From the human T2T-CHM13v2.0 reference genome, Homo sapiens: 64,000 nucleotides of DNA. Both the position numbers and the translations under genes were made by a program. The notes beneath the pieces were generated by a model, which did no database searches, had not been told where the DNA came from, and saw only the letters and a program-made list of their open reading frames with translations. Shown in pieces: positions 1 to 16,310 of this stretch (positions within the stretch are counted from its first letter, which is position 1; each line of letters opens with the position of its first letter). Location of the stretch: the NCBI RefSeq assembly GCF_009914755.1, contig NC_060935.1; one strand, written 5' to 3'.

Positions 1-370
1 TCATCTTATGGATAAAAGCATTCAGTTGCTTACAATTAGATGACAGTCACTGGAGGTTTTCCATACATTGCTTCCTTATCAGGAAAATAAAGTTTCCCTC
101 TATTCCTAGTCTCAAACACTTATTATTTGTCCTTTGAGGTGGCCATATGGATTTTTCTTTTTTTAATATGTTAATATGGTGAGTTGATGTGATTATTTTC
201 TGAGTGTTTAACTAACTTTGCATTCCTGTCATAAATCTCCACCAATCACCATATATTATTCAGGTTTCATATCGTTGGGGTTAATTGGCTAAGGGTTTGG
301 TTAATAATTTTTGTGTCTATATTAATGGGGAATATTGGTCTGTGGTTTTCTTTTCTTGTATCAGGTCTTT
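1..370 (-). mobile_element. Ancient L1M fragment (antisense ORF2-like)
   Basis: T-rich sequence with motifs typical of antisense old L1 (ttccctctattcctagt; attggtctgtggttttcttttcttgta). Boundaries approximate. Confidence 0.55.
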
Positions 371-1014
371 TGTCCAGGAAAAAGCATATTATCTTCCTAT
401 AACTCCACGTCCAGATCCACTGTCAGGTGAACGTATCCCTCCTTGACTCAAGAGAAATTCTATAAATTCGTGAGTCCTTAAACATTCACATAAAGTACTG
501 CTGTTAGCCACTCTATATCAATGAACATTTCGAAATCTCTTTAAATGGACACATATAGAATATAACTCATTGAATATTACCATACACAAAATCTCTCAGG
601 ATATTGAGTGGAAAACATTAGAAACAGCAATGGACAAAGTAATAGAGTAGGTAAATAAGAACGAAATCAAAAGCACGGATAGAAAATTAGTTTATGGAAT
701 AAAGACATGTTGTGTTTTGCTACTAGAGTAGATGAATATAAATTTTCTTAAGATGTAGATAGAATGACAATGATGGAAAACATATGAAGAAATAAAGTAG
801 TGTAGTTACCAAGATATATGAGGATGAAATACTGTGAGGGCTCCAGTACAGAGCTAGGTATAGGAAAGGAAGAAACATAAATGAAAACATTATATAAGTG
901 GTTTGGAAATTATGCCATATTGATAAAGGATAAAGGACTGGCAATCTATAGTGAAGGATGGCTAAGAATCAGTGGCACACAGTTAAAGTAATTAAACTGA
1001 GTGTATGTGTTTGA

Positions 1015-1348
<334 letters not shown>

Positions 1349-1384
1349 TATTGTTGATTTTAATGTCAGAAACCTAGGAGAGGA

Positions 1385-2480
1385 CTTCAGCTTCCAGTGC
1401 TGACATACTGGCTTCTATTATAGCCCAATCTTCTCACTGAGAAAAAAAAATTTTAAACAATATAACATATATAAGGAGGCAGTGGTTTACCCGCAATGGG
1501 AAGCAACTAAGGTAGCCAATACTTGAGAGACCGAGGTCCCAGATAATTGAAACACATTCAATTAAGCTAGCCACCTCTGTTCCTTTATTCTCAAAAGGCA
1601 TTTGTAGATTCTCAATGTGGAACATAAAGACAAAGCAGCAACCTAGATATTTCGACAGTAATGTCCTAAGGTAAGGGAGATAAAAACAGAAGTTCAGGGT
1701 AACAAGGAAAGCTAGAATCTGAGGATCTAAGACCCCAGAGAAAATTGAGATGACCGTCCACAGACTTTTAACATTGTCTGTTAATGTCTTTTAAACATTG
1801 TCTGAATTTTAACTGATGCACAGGTGAGAGGGAAGAAATCAAGTAGTATATAACAACTAGGAATATAGGAAATTAAGGAGAAATGTCAGCATTCTTGAGG
1901 AATTGGAGGTGGGGATTAGTTTCAACGGCTGCCAAGGAAAAGAAGCCCATATAAATCTGCCATTTTTTAAAAATGAAAACTCTGAAAGTCTACACTCTAG
2001 GAATAAAGACATAAGAAGGGAGACCAGTGTTCACAACACCAAAAACCCAGGATCAAATCATATCAATCCAGACTGAAACAAATTAATTCACCCCTAATCT
2101 AACTGCTAGTGACAAGAAAATAAATCCTCTCAAGAGGAAAGTAATATCCAGAAACTCTACAAATTTTTGTATAATTATTCAGCATTATGTAATATTTCCA
2201 GAAGGCATAGAGACAAATCCAAATTAAGAAAACCAATTTAAAAAAACACAAATAATAACATGCCTATAGGTAAATCAATATATTGGAATTATAGCTATGG
2301 TCTTAAAGACAGACACATTTGAAATATTCAAGAAAAAACATAGCGAAATGAAGACATTCATGGTTTTTTAAATCAATGAAAATTGTGGAACTAAAATATA
2401 TTTGCTAAAATTAAAAACTCAAGAAATGGGTTTAATAACAGAGTGAATACAGAAAATAAGCAGTAAAGGAAGTAAAGTAG
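1385..2480 (+). mobile_element. Ancient L1M 5'/ORF1-region fragment (left part of outermost host)
   Basis: A-rich degenerate L1M ORF1-like motifs (aaaattaaaaactcaagaaatgggtttaataacagagtgaatacag). Boundaries approximate. Confidence 0.5.
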
Positions 2481-2600
2481 AATCATGCTGCTATAAAGAC
2501 ACATGCACACGTATGTTTATTGCGGCATTATTCACAATAGCAAAGACTTCGAACCAACCCAAATGTCCAACAATGATAGACTGGATTAAGAAAATGTGGC
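2481..2600 (+). mobile_element. 5'-truncated L1PA2-like element, left half (split by the L1HS insertion)
   Basis: Matches the L1 ORF2 3' region (compare 8134-8253). Ends in AAGAAAATGTGGC and resumes in register at 9372. Confidence 0.9.
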
Positions 2601-3499
2601 GAGCCAAGATGGCCGAATAGGAACAGCTCCGGTCTACAGCTCCCAGCGTGAGCGACGCAGAAGACGGGTGATTTCTGCATTTCCATCTGAGGTACCGGGT
2701 TCATCTCACTAGGGAGTGCCAGACAGTGGGCGCAGGCCAGTGTGTGTGCGCACCGTGCGCGAGCCGAAGCAGGGCGAGGCATTGCCTCACCTGGGAAGCG
2801 CAAGGGGTCAGGGAGTTCCCTTTCCGAGTCAAAGAAAGGGGTGACGGACGCACCTGGAAAATCGGGTCACTCCCATCCGAATATTGCGCTTTTCAGACCG
2901 GCTTAAGAAACGGTGCACCACGAGACTATATCCCACACCTGGCTCAGAGGGTCCTACGCCCACGGAATCTCGCTGATTGCTAGCACAGCAGTCTGAGATC
3001 AAACTGCAAGGCGGCAACGAGGCTGGGGGAGGGGCGCCCGCCATTGCCCAGGCTTGCTTAGGTAAACAAAGCAGCCGGGAAGCTCGAACTGGGTGGAGCC
3101 CACCACAGCTCAAGGAGGCCTGCCTGCCTCTGTAGGCTCCACCTCTGGAGGCAGGGCACAGACAAACAAAAAGACAGCAGTAACCTCTGCAGACTTAAGT
3201 GTCCCTGTCTGACAGCTTTGAAGAGAGCAGTGGTTCTCCCAGCATGCAGCTGGAGATCTGAGAACGGGCAGACTGCCTCCTCAAGTGGGTCCCTGACCCC
3301 TGACCCCCGAGCAGCCTAACTGGGAGGCACCCCCCAGCAGGGGCACACTGACACCTCACACGGCAGGGTATTCCAACAGACCTGCAGCTGAGGGTCCTGT
3401 CTGTTAGAAGGAAAACTAACAACCAGAAAGGACATCTACACCGAAAACCCATCTGTACATCACCATCATCAAAGACCAAAAGTAGATAAAACCACAAAG
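2601..3499 (+). promoter_or_regulatory. L1 5'UTR: internal sense promoter with YY1 site, CpG-rich, plus antisense promoter region
   Basis: Intact CAAGATGGCCG YY1 motif at about 2605-2615; complete approximately 900-bp CpG-rich UTR. Confidence 0.85.
2829..3044 (-). CDS. ORF0: L1 antisense ORF0 (71 aa), intact
   Basis: MAGAPPPASLPPCSLISDCCASNQRDSVGVGPSEPGVGYSLVV...RHPFL is the last 71 aa of the 2829..3113 ORF; CAT at 3042-3044. Confidence 0.85.
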   Translation of the reverse strand: MAGAPPPASLPPCSLISDCCASNQRDSVGVGPSEPGVGYSLVVHRFLSRSEKRNIRMGVTRFSRCVRHPFL

Positions 3500-4516
3500 A
3501 TGGGGAAAAAACAGAACAGAAAAACTGGAAACCCTAAAACGCAGAGCGCCTCTCCTCCTCCAAAGGAACGCAGTTCCTCACCAGCAACAGAACAAAGCTG
3601 GATGGAGAATGATTTTGATGAGCTGAGAGAAGAAGGCTTCAGACGATCAAATTACTCTGAGCTACGGGAGGACATTCAAACCAAAGGCAAAGAAGTTGAA
3701 AACTTTGAAAAAAATTTAGAAGAATGTATAACTAGAATAACCAATACAGAGAAGTGCTTAAAGGAGCTGATGGAGCTGAAAACCAGGGCTCGAGAACTAC
3801 GTGAAGAATGCAGAAGCCTCAGGAGCCGATGCGATCAACTGGAAGAAAGGGTATCAGCAATGGAAGATGAAATGAATGAAATGAAGCGAGAAGGGAAGTT
3901 TAGAGAAAAAAGAATAAAAAGAAATGAGCAAAGCCTCCAAGAAATATGGGACTATGTGAAAAGACCAAATCTACGTCTGATTGGTGTACCTGAAAGTGAT
4001 GTGGAGAATGGAACCAAGTTGGAAAACACTCTGCAGGATATTATCCAGGAGAACTTCCCCAATCTAGCAAGGCAGGCCAACGTTCAGATCCAGGAAATAC
4101 AGAGAACGCCACAAAGATACTCCTCGAGAAGAGCAACTCCAAGACACATAATTGTCAGATTCACCAAAGTTGAAATGAAGGAAAAAATGTTAAGGGCAGC
4201 CAGAGGGAAAGGTCGGGTTACCCTCAAAGGAAAGCCCATCAGACTAACAGCGGATCTCTCGGCAGAAACCCTACAAGCCAGAAGAGAGTGGGGGCCAATA
4301 TTCAACATTCTTAAAGAAAAGAATTTTCAACCCAGAATTTCATATCCAGCCAAACTAAGCTTCATAAGTGAAGGAGAAATAAAATACTTTATAGACAAGC
4401 AAATGCTGAGAGATTTTGTCACCACCAGGCCTGCCCTAAAAGAGCTCCTGAAGGAAGCGCTAAACATGGAAAGGAACAACCGGTACCAGCCGCTGCAAAA
4501 TCATGCCAAAATGTAA
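3500..4516 (+). CDS. L1 ORF1: L1 ORF1p (338-aa RNA-binding protein), open frame
   Basis: MGKKQNRKTG...NHAKM, canonical length. ARR and YPAKLS motifs intact; REKG motif reads RGKG. Confidence 0.95.
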   Translation: MGKKQNRKTGNPKTQSASPPPKERSSSPATEQSWMENDFDELREEGFRRSNYSELREDIQTKGKEVENFEKNLEECITRITNTEKCLKELMELKTRARELREECRSLRSRCDQLEERVSAMEDEMNEMKREGKFREKRIKRNEQSLQEIWDYVKRPNLRLIGVPESDVENGTKLENTLQDIIQENFPNLARQANVQIQEIQRTPQRYSSRRATPRHIIVRFTKVEMKEKMLRAARGKGRVTLKGKPIRLTADLSAETLQARREWGPIFNILKEKNFQPRISYPAKLSFISEGEIKYFIDKQMLRDFVTTRPALKELLKEALNMERNNRYQPLQNHAKM

Positions 4517-4555
4517 AGACCATCGAGACTAGGAAGAAACTGCATCAACTAATGA

Positions 4556-8408
<3,853 letters not shown>

Positions 8409-8740
8409 ACAATGAGATCACATGGACACAGGAAGGGGAATATCACACTCTGGGGACTGTGGTGGGGTCGGGGGAGGGGGGAGGGATAGCATTGGGAGAT
8501 ATACCTAATGCTAGATGACACATTAGTGGGTGCAGCGCACCAGCATGGCACATGTATACATATGTAACTAACCTGCACAATGTGCACATGTACCCTAAAA
8601 CTTAGAGTATAATAAAAAAAAAAAAACAAAAACCAATTAGAGATTCTGTTGATTGTTGAAATAAAGACAAAAACAAACAAACAAAAAACCTCAGTGAATT
8701 AGTTCCTCTAATGATAATATGCCCCTCAAATGTGTTCATT

Positions 8741-8755
8741 TATATATATATACAC

Positions 8756-8787
<32 letters not shown>

Positions 8788-8800
8788 GTATGTATATATG
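8741..8800. repeat. (TA)n-rich microsatellite
   Basis: Directly visible; flanked by a 15-bp direct repeat caaatgtgttcattt. Confidence 0.95.
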
Positions 8801-8989
8801 ACAAATGTGTTCATTTGAGGAGCAGATTATCAAGCCAGAAGGTCAAGTTGAAGAATACTCCCAAATGTGATATAAAAGGGCAAATATATGGAAAGAAATA
8901 TTAGATAATGTGAAAGATATATTCATCATTTCAATGCAGATAATAGAAATTCCAGGTGGATAGAATGGAAAGAATAGAGCCTGGCTCTT

Positions 8990-9357
8990 GAGTTCTTTAT
9001 TGTGGGAGATTTGTCTATCACTGCAGCAATCCTGTACTGTCTTGATTACAAGAGCTTTAGAATAATTCTTGTTATCTGGTAAAGCAAGTATGCCCGCTTT
9101 GGTATTCTCTTTACATGAACGCTTTGATGATTTCATACAAATTTTAAAATTAGCTTGACAAATTCTAAAAAAACTTTTCAGAAATTTGATTGGAATTTCT
9201 TTGAATCTATAAAGCAATTTTGAGATAACTTATATCTTTATTATATTGAGTCTTCCAGTCTATAAACATGGTATATTGCTCCATTTACTTTCATTTTCTT
9301 TAAATGTATATCATTAAATTAAAAAAATTTTCTCATTAAAGGTTCTACACATTTGTT
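8990..9357 (-). mobile_element. Ancient L1M ORF2 fragment inside the transduced DNA
   Basis: The 8843..9217 minus ORF (LYRFKEIPIK...KAGILALPDNKNYSKALVIKTV) is a degenerate match to L1 ORF2 IYRFNAIPIK...[21 protein letters not shown]. Confidence 0.75.
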
Positions 9358-9371
9358 AAAAAAAAAAAAAA

Positions 9372-9813
9372 AAGAAAATGTGGCACATATACACCATGGA
9401 ATACTATGCAGCCATAAAAAATGATGAGTTCATGTCCTTTGTAGGGACATGGATGAAATTGGAAATCATCATTCTCAGTAAACTATCTCAAGAACAAAAA
9501 ACCAAACACCGCATATTCTCACTCATAGGTGGGAATTGAACAATGAGATCACATGGACACATGAAGGGGAATATCACACTCTGGGGACTGCGGTGGGGTA
9601 GGGGGAGGGGGGAGGGATAGCATTGGAAGATATACCTAAGGCTAGATGACAAGTTAGTGGGTGCAGCGCACCAGCATGGCACATGTATACATATGTAACT
9701 AACCTGCACAATGTGCACATGTACCCTAAAACTTAAAGTATAATAAAAAATAATAATAAAAAAATAAAATAAAATAAAAATAAAAACCTAAACACCTAAA
9801 AAAAAAAAAAAAA
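9372..9813 (+). mobile_element. 5'-truncated L1PA2-like element, right half with A-rich tail
   Basis: ORF2 end and 3'UTR lacking the Ta diagnostics (gacaagttagtgg, cttaaagta); compound poly(A). Confidence 0.9.
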
Positions 9814-10970
9814 GAAAACGAAGTTTAAAAATACAGAAAAGAGGAATGTAGAGCAAAGATAAGACTGACAGGCTGCATTTTGAATAAAAACGAAGAAAAA
9901 TAGAAGGCAATGGAATGGCACGCTTCAAATGCTGGAAGAAAGAAAAAAACTTACAGTCTAGAATTTTATATCTGGAGGAAAATACTCTTTATTAAATAGT
10001 ATAAACTTGTTGTTAGTAAATCCACACAAAACAAAACAACACTAAAGGGAAACTTTCAGGAGAATGAAAGCTATTCCATATAGAAGTCTGTTAATGTAGA
10101 AAAGAATAAATGCCAGAAAAGGAAAATATGTAGGTACAGATAAACACTGACTATATAAAACAATAATATTAATGTCTTGCAGGGTTAAAATACATGGCAA
10201 TAGCACAACAGGCTTGAGGAAAATGTGAATTAAGTCCCACGAGACCTTTGTATTACCTGAAAAATGGTACCAAATTATAATTTGGAGTAGTCTGAATAAT
10301 TCAATTATGAATGTATAAATTTATAAGGTAATTACTAAACTGAAAGAAGAAAATATAAATAGCAACATCAGGGAATTTTTTTTAATTCTCAAGTAATACA
10401 AAAGAAGGCAAGAAAAAGGTAAAACTAACAAAGAATAGATGAAATTCATTAGAAAACTGGAAAACATATAGCAAGATATTAGGTTTAAACCTATAGCAAG
10501 ATATTAGGTTAAATACATAAATTTATGTATTTGAACTGTAAATGTGTATGTATATATATACTATGTATTTCAAATGAATTATTATAATGTTCACAGAAGT
10601 ATTATTTACAATAGCAAAAGAGAAAAAAAAAACTAAAATATCCAAAAGAGTAGAATGTTTGAATCAGTGATCATAAATACATTTATGATACACCCAATGA
10701 CACAGATGAATCTCACAACCATAAATCTGTGCAAGAAAGTAATACACAAATCTCTAAATATTGTGACTGAATTTACATAAAGTTCAAATATAAGCAAAAC
10801 TAACCTAAGGCGATAGAAGTCAGCATATTGGTTATATTTGTGGGTGAAGGCACACTTGTTCTTCTGATGTTTAGGTTACACTCCTTACCCTGATGAGGGT
10901 AAAATTATCAAGATTTACACTTATGATTTGTTAATTGTAATGTGTGTGTATGAAAAATCAATAAAAAATT
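9814..10970 (+). mobile_element. Ancient L1M (L1MC/ME-like) fragments ending in a 3' end
   Basis: cacagatgaatctcacaacc...ataaagttcaaa...gcaaaactaacc...tagaagtcag; aataaa at about 10960. Confidence 0.6.
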
Positions 10971-11306
10971 TTAGAAAAAAGCAGATGAAATGGAGAAAAG
11001 TTTTACATTTTAGAAAAATGTTATTTTACATTTTAGAAAAAAGCAGATGAAATGGAGAAACTTGACAATAGAGGTTACCTAGGAAATTGTCATGGCGGGC
11101 TGAGGAGAAAGTAAGTAACATAAATGATAGTAGCCAGGTGAAAGAGACTGCTTTGATATGACTGCTGAGTTCTGTCTGATCCCCAAATTTATTCATTAAC
11201 ATAAGTATTAGAGGTTTTATTAGCAATGTTGAAGAGTGGGCAAAACACAAACTGTAGACGCAGACCTAGGATCCTCTTCCATCTTTACAAACTTATGTGT
11301 GAGCAA

Positions 11307-13480
11307 GTCTGTTTATGTCCTTTGTCCGGTTTTTAATAGGATTGTCTGTTTTTTTCTTGTTGAGTTGTTTGAATTCATTCTAGATTTTAGGTATTAGTCC
11401 TTTATTTTGGAGGCATAATTGCAAATAGTTTCTCCCATTCTATAAGTTGCCTGTTTACTCTGTTGATTATTTCTTTTGCTGTGCAGAAGCTTTTCACTTT
11501 AAATATCATCTGTCTATTGTTTTCATGGCAGTTGCTTTTGGGGTCTTTATCATAAATTGTTTGCCTGGGCCAATGTGCAGAGAGTTTTTCTTATGTTGTC
11601 TTCTAAATTTTTTATAGTTTCAGGTCTTATGTTTCAGTCTCTAATCTATCTTGGGTTAATTTTTGTATATGGTGAGAGATAAGGGTCCAGTTTGACTCTT
11701 CTGCATATGGCCAGACAGTTTTCCCATCATCATTTATTGAATAGAGTGTCCTTTCCCCATTGTTTATTTTTGTTGACTTTGTTGAAGATCAGATGGTTGT
11801 AGGTATGTAGCTTTATCCCTGGGTTCTCTATTCTGTTCTATTTATCTGTATGTCTATTTTTGTATCAGTACCATGCTTTTTTAGTTACTACATATTGCCT
11901 TGTAGTAGAATTTAGAATAAGACAATGTAATTGCTCCCAGATTTGTTCTTTTTGTTTAGAACTGTTTTTGGCTACTTGGACTGTTTCTTGGTTCCATAAA
12001 AGCTTTAGGATTGTTTTCTAATGCTGTGAAAAATTATGCTGATAATTTGATAGAGATTGTGTTAAATCTGTAGATTGCTTTGGGTGGTATGGTCATTTTT
12101 ACAATATCGATTCTTCTAACCCATGAGCATGGGATGTTTTTCCATTTGTGTCATCTATGATTTCTTTTAATCAGTTGATCCCTGTCATCCTTGTAGAGAG
12201 CAGAACTAAATGAGATTGAGACAAAAAAAAAGATACAAAAGATCAACAAAACAAAAAGTTGTTTCTTTGAAAGGATAAACAAAATTGACAGACTGCTAGC
12301 TATAGTAACCCAGAAAAGATTCAAATAAGTATAGTAAGAAATTATAAAGGTGACATTACAACTGATACTATGGAAATACAAAAGATTATCAGAAACTACT
12401 ATGAGCACCTCTGTCCATACTAACTAGAAAACACAGATGAACTGGATAAATTCCTAGAAACATACAACCTCCCAAGACTGAACCAGCAAGAAACAGAAAT
12501 TCTAAACAGACCAATAACAAGTAATAAAAATGAATCAGTAATTAAAAGAAACTTCTAATTAAAAAAATTCAGGACCAGGTGACTTACAACTGAATTTCAC
12601 CAGATGTACAAAGAAGAGATGCTACCTATCTTACTGAAACTATTCCATAAACTTGAGGAGGAGGGATTCTTCTCTACCTCATTCTACAAAACCAGTATCA
12701 CCTTGATACAAAAATCAGGCAAGGACACAACAACAAAACTACAGGCCAATATCCCTGATGAAAATAGATTTTAAAATCCTTTACAGAATACTAGCTGAAT
12801 ACAACAGCAGATCATGAGATAACACGTTATATTCAAGTGGGTTTTATTCCAGTGAGGCAAGGATGATGCAACATATACAACTCAAAAAATGTGATTTACC
12901 ATATAAACAGAATTAAAAACAAAAGCCATATGATTTTTACAATAGATGAAGAAAAGGCATTCAATAAAATTCAGCATTACTTTATGAAAAAAATCCTCAA
13001 TAAACTAGGCACTGAAGAAACATACATCAAAATAGTAAGTGCCATATATGACAAGCCAACAACCAACATCACGCTGAATGGGAAAAAGTTGAAAATACTC
13101 CCCCAAAGAACTGAGACAAGAAAAGGATATCCACCTTCACCACTCCTAATCAACATAGTACTGGAAGTCCTACTTAGAGCAGTTGAGCAAGAGAAAGAAT
13201 AAAAAGCATACCATTTGGAAAAGAAGAAATCAAATAATCTCCGTTTGCTGATGAAATGATTGTACAGCTAAAAACCCTAAAGAATTATCTAAAAGCTTCC
13301 TAGACTTCATAAATGACTTCAGTCAAGTTTCAGAATACAAAATCAACAACAAAAATCAGTAGCATTTCTATACATCAATAACATTCAAGCTGAGAACCAA
13401 ATCAATAACTCACTATCATTTACAGTATCCACACACAAAAATAAAATAACTAGGAATACATTTCACCAGGAAAGAGATCT
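11307..13480 (-). mobile_element. Old L1P (L1PB/L1PA15-16-like) with 5' inversion; 3' end missing
   Basis: Antisense ORF2 at 11307-12200 joined to sense ORF2 at 12197-13480 (12891..13202 ORF is RT-like). The arms abut at gatct|ctacaagg in L1 coordinates. Confidence 0.8.
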
Positions 13481-15515
13481 AACATATTTTACCCTCATCT
13501 AGATATTACCTTGTGAGTATTTACAGGTAGAGATCTTTTACTGTGGCACTCTAGATACATGGAATTGCCTTCCTTATAATTTTGAGTCTCTCACATAGTC
13601 ATCTCCTCTGAGAAGACACTACTGAAATGCTGTATTCCAAGCTATGACTTGTCATTTTGGTATTATAGCTGTAACTTGTTGTTGAAAGTAAATTATCTAA
13701 TTGCCTTTACATAGAAAATAAGTCACTAAAGTAGAATTCCAATAGTAGGTCCTAATGAATTGAGGGGGATGACTAATGAGCTTAGTTCCAATTTTATAAT
13801 CTCTAATCATTTTTCACTAGTTGATTTCTGGAATGGTTTCCTGCTTGAACAATAGAGACAATACTTGCATTTATTCATTGTTAACCAGTCAAGGCTTTAA
13901 GGAGAATACATACTGCACAGTGGTTTGCAGAGGCAGCTGGACCACTGTTAGTTTGTGCATGCAGAAATATTTGAAGCATTATCACTACCATGTGGATGTG
14001 GATATTCCAGGAGTAAAAACCTCCCTTTTCTGTTTGGGTTTGCCTTGTCTCTGAATTCAGTGATTCTTTATCAGGTATTTAGGTTGATAAGATCCATGTT
14101 TCAGGATTACTCAGTCAACAAATATGAAGGTTAAACTAGGGATAAAATAGTTAGTGGACTGGAAAGATTAGTACTGGCAGGAACTGATTGGGTACCTGGA
14201 TAAAGGCAATACAGAGAAAATGGAAAAGGTGTGACATATTCAGGAAAAGACAGGATATACACACATAAGAAATTTAAATTATTTGGGGCTGCTACTATGA
14301 GCCACTTATGTCAGGAAGATTCACATTTTACAGGTGAGAAAACTAGAGATCAGTCAAATGTGTTTTTCCCCAATGTCACACAGCTTGCTTTTGTTAAGCG
14401 GTAGGATCTCGGCCTCCTTATCTTGCCCTTTTTACCTGTAAGTTCTGAGGAATCCTGAAACCAAACTCACCTACCCCAAACATATTAACAAAAACATATT
14501 CATGCATTCTACTGATTCCTAGAAGCTTTACTGCATTTGGGTAAATCACTTAACCCTCAAAAAGAGGAGTGAGGTATCAGAAAGAACATAAACTGACTTC
14601 AAACAGACCTGTTTATCTCAGGTGCCCCACCTTCTGGTAGTGGGAACTTACTTAATATCTCTAAGCCTCAATGTAATCAACTAGGAAAAGTAATCAGGCT
14701 TATTCCAAGGGCTAAGAAAAATCTTAAACACATATAAATAACTAGGTCCCATGTCTCACATAAAGTTAAGATCTGCCATGCCATATTGAAATTCTTTATC
14801 AGAACATTGTGAAGCAGTGTCCTCACTGAAAAATAACTTAAAAATGAGGTCTATTCTGGAAGTCCATGTTCCCTGCTTAACAAACCAAGCAATGAGTTGC
14901 TTCCTCACATAGGGGATGTTTTCATGTCATTGGACAGAAGCTGGCAACAGAACCCTAACTGCTTGCTGGACCCTTTTGTGGAAAGCAGGTCTAAGTCTCT
15001 AGAACTTAAATAGTCCCCAGTACTGCCCAAGCAGCAGGGATATGTGGGAAACAAAACTGTATTATCCATAAAGACAAAAATTGGTTATAAATTTTTGAGG
15101 AACTGTAGCTGCATTGGAGGATACTTGGAACAGATACAGATATACAGTGAAAAACCAAAAAAAAAAAAAAAAAGTATTCTTGTATTGAAGTGGCTTGTTT
15201 CAGCACAGGGAGGGGAAGGAAACATACACTTTTTGGAGCACATGTTTAGACATTTGACACGTTATCTTATTTCACCCCTTTAACAACTCAAGAAGTGGGA
15301 AAAGATAATCCCCATTTTTCAGGTAAAAAATGAGCCTCAAGTAACTTTGCAGTGCATACAGCAAGGAAGTTACTAAACTCAGATTTGAACTAATATAGTT
15401 TGTTCTAAAGCTCATGTTCTTTAGATTCCATGTTAGGTCAGGGGGGAATTTTGCCTCTTATTTTCTGTGAGAAGAAAGCATGCATGCATAGACATGAAAA
15501 CTGAAGTTAAGAGAT

Positions 15516-15807
15516 GTGCTTATGCCTGTAATCCCAGAGCGTTGAGAGACCAAGGTGGGAGGATCTATTGAGGCCAGGTGTTGGAGATTACCCTGGACAA
15601 CACAGGAAGACCCTGTCTCTACAAAACACACACACAAACACACACAAAATTAGCTGGGCATGATGTCACACACCTATAGTCCCAGCTATGTGGGAGCTCG
15701 AGGTAGGAGGATCACTTGAGCCCAGTTTGAGGCTGTAGTGAACTATGATCGTAACACTGCACTCCAGCTTGGGTGACATAATGAGACACTGACTCTTTAA
15801 AAAAAAA
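15516..15807 (+). mobile_element. AluJ
   Basis: Diverged dimeric Alu; middle A-rich linker converted to (CA)n. Confidence 0.85.
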
Positions 15808-15819
15808 TTAAAAGAAGGT

Positions 15820-16310
15820 ATACCAGCAAAGGCCCTAACAGGAAACAGATTACTTACTCACATAGGTTAGTTTTAGGAGAGTTCAGTAACTATAAAACTG
15901 TACAAAGATTATGTACAAAGTTATGGCCAGGATTAACCAAGAAACGCAAAAGCATCATCAAATTCACAGTAAAAGGAGCAGCTAGCATCCCTATGTCTGA
16001 AAGGGCAGAGAAAGAAAGCAAATACAAAAATCTCTAGAGATGTAGCTAAACGAAGAGAATCCTAAAGGTGCAAAAGCCTTCAGTAGAGGAATATAGTCAC
16101 TGTCAACCCATGGACTAAGAGGAAAGAAGTCAGACGGATCATATACACCAACCTTACTTTCCTCCCATCTTCTAGTGCTTCCCATTAGTCAAATCACCTG
16201 GAAGCAAAACTCAAGGGAGTCCTGTGTTGTAGTCCAAAATTTCTACTTCCAGGAACAGAAAAGAGATGCATAGTAGTGGATCCAGATGGGCAAATAGGGA
16301 ATATCCAACA
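15820..16310. mobile_element. ERVL-type LTR fragment (LTR33-like)
   Basis: caggaaacagattacttactcacatagg resembles the recalled LTR33 terminus; subfamily uncertain. Confidence 0.4.

Larger units (their letters stand above)
8627..9371 (+). other. L1 3' transduction (about 730 bp plus second poly(A))
   Basis: Non-L1HS sequence between the L1 poly(A) and a second A-tract (9358-9373). ATTAAA at 9335-9340. The 3' TSD follows the second tail, not the first. Confidence 0.88.

Noticed and set aside
2481-2600. 5' transduction or templated 5' addition to the L1HS
   Set aside because: It continues in exact register at 9372 across a 13-bp duplication and differs from the L1HS's own copy (gcattattc, cttcgaac), so it is a split host element.
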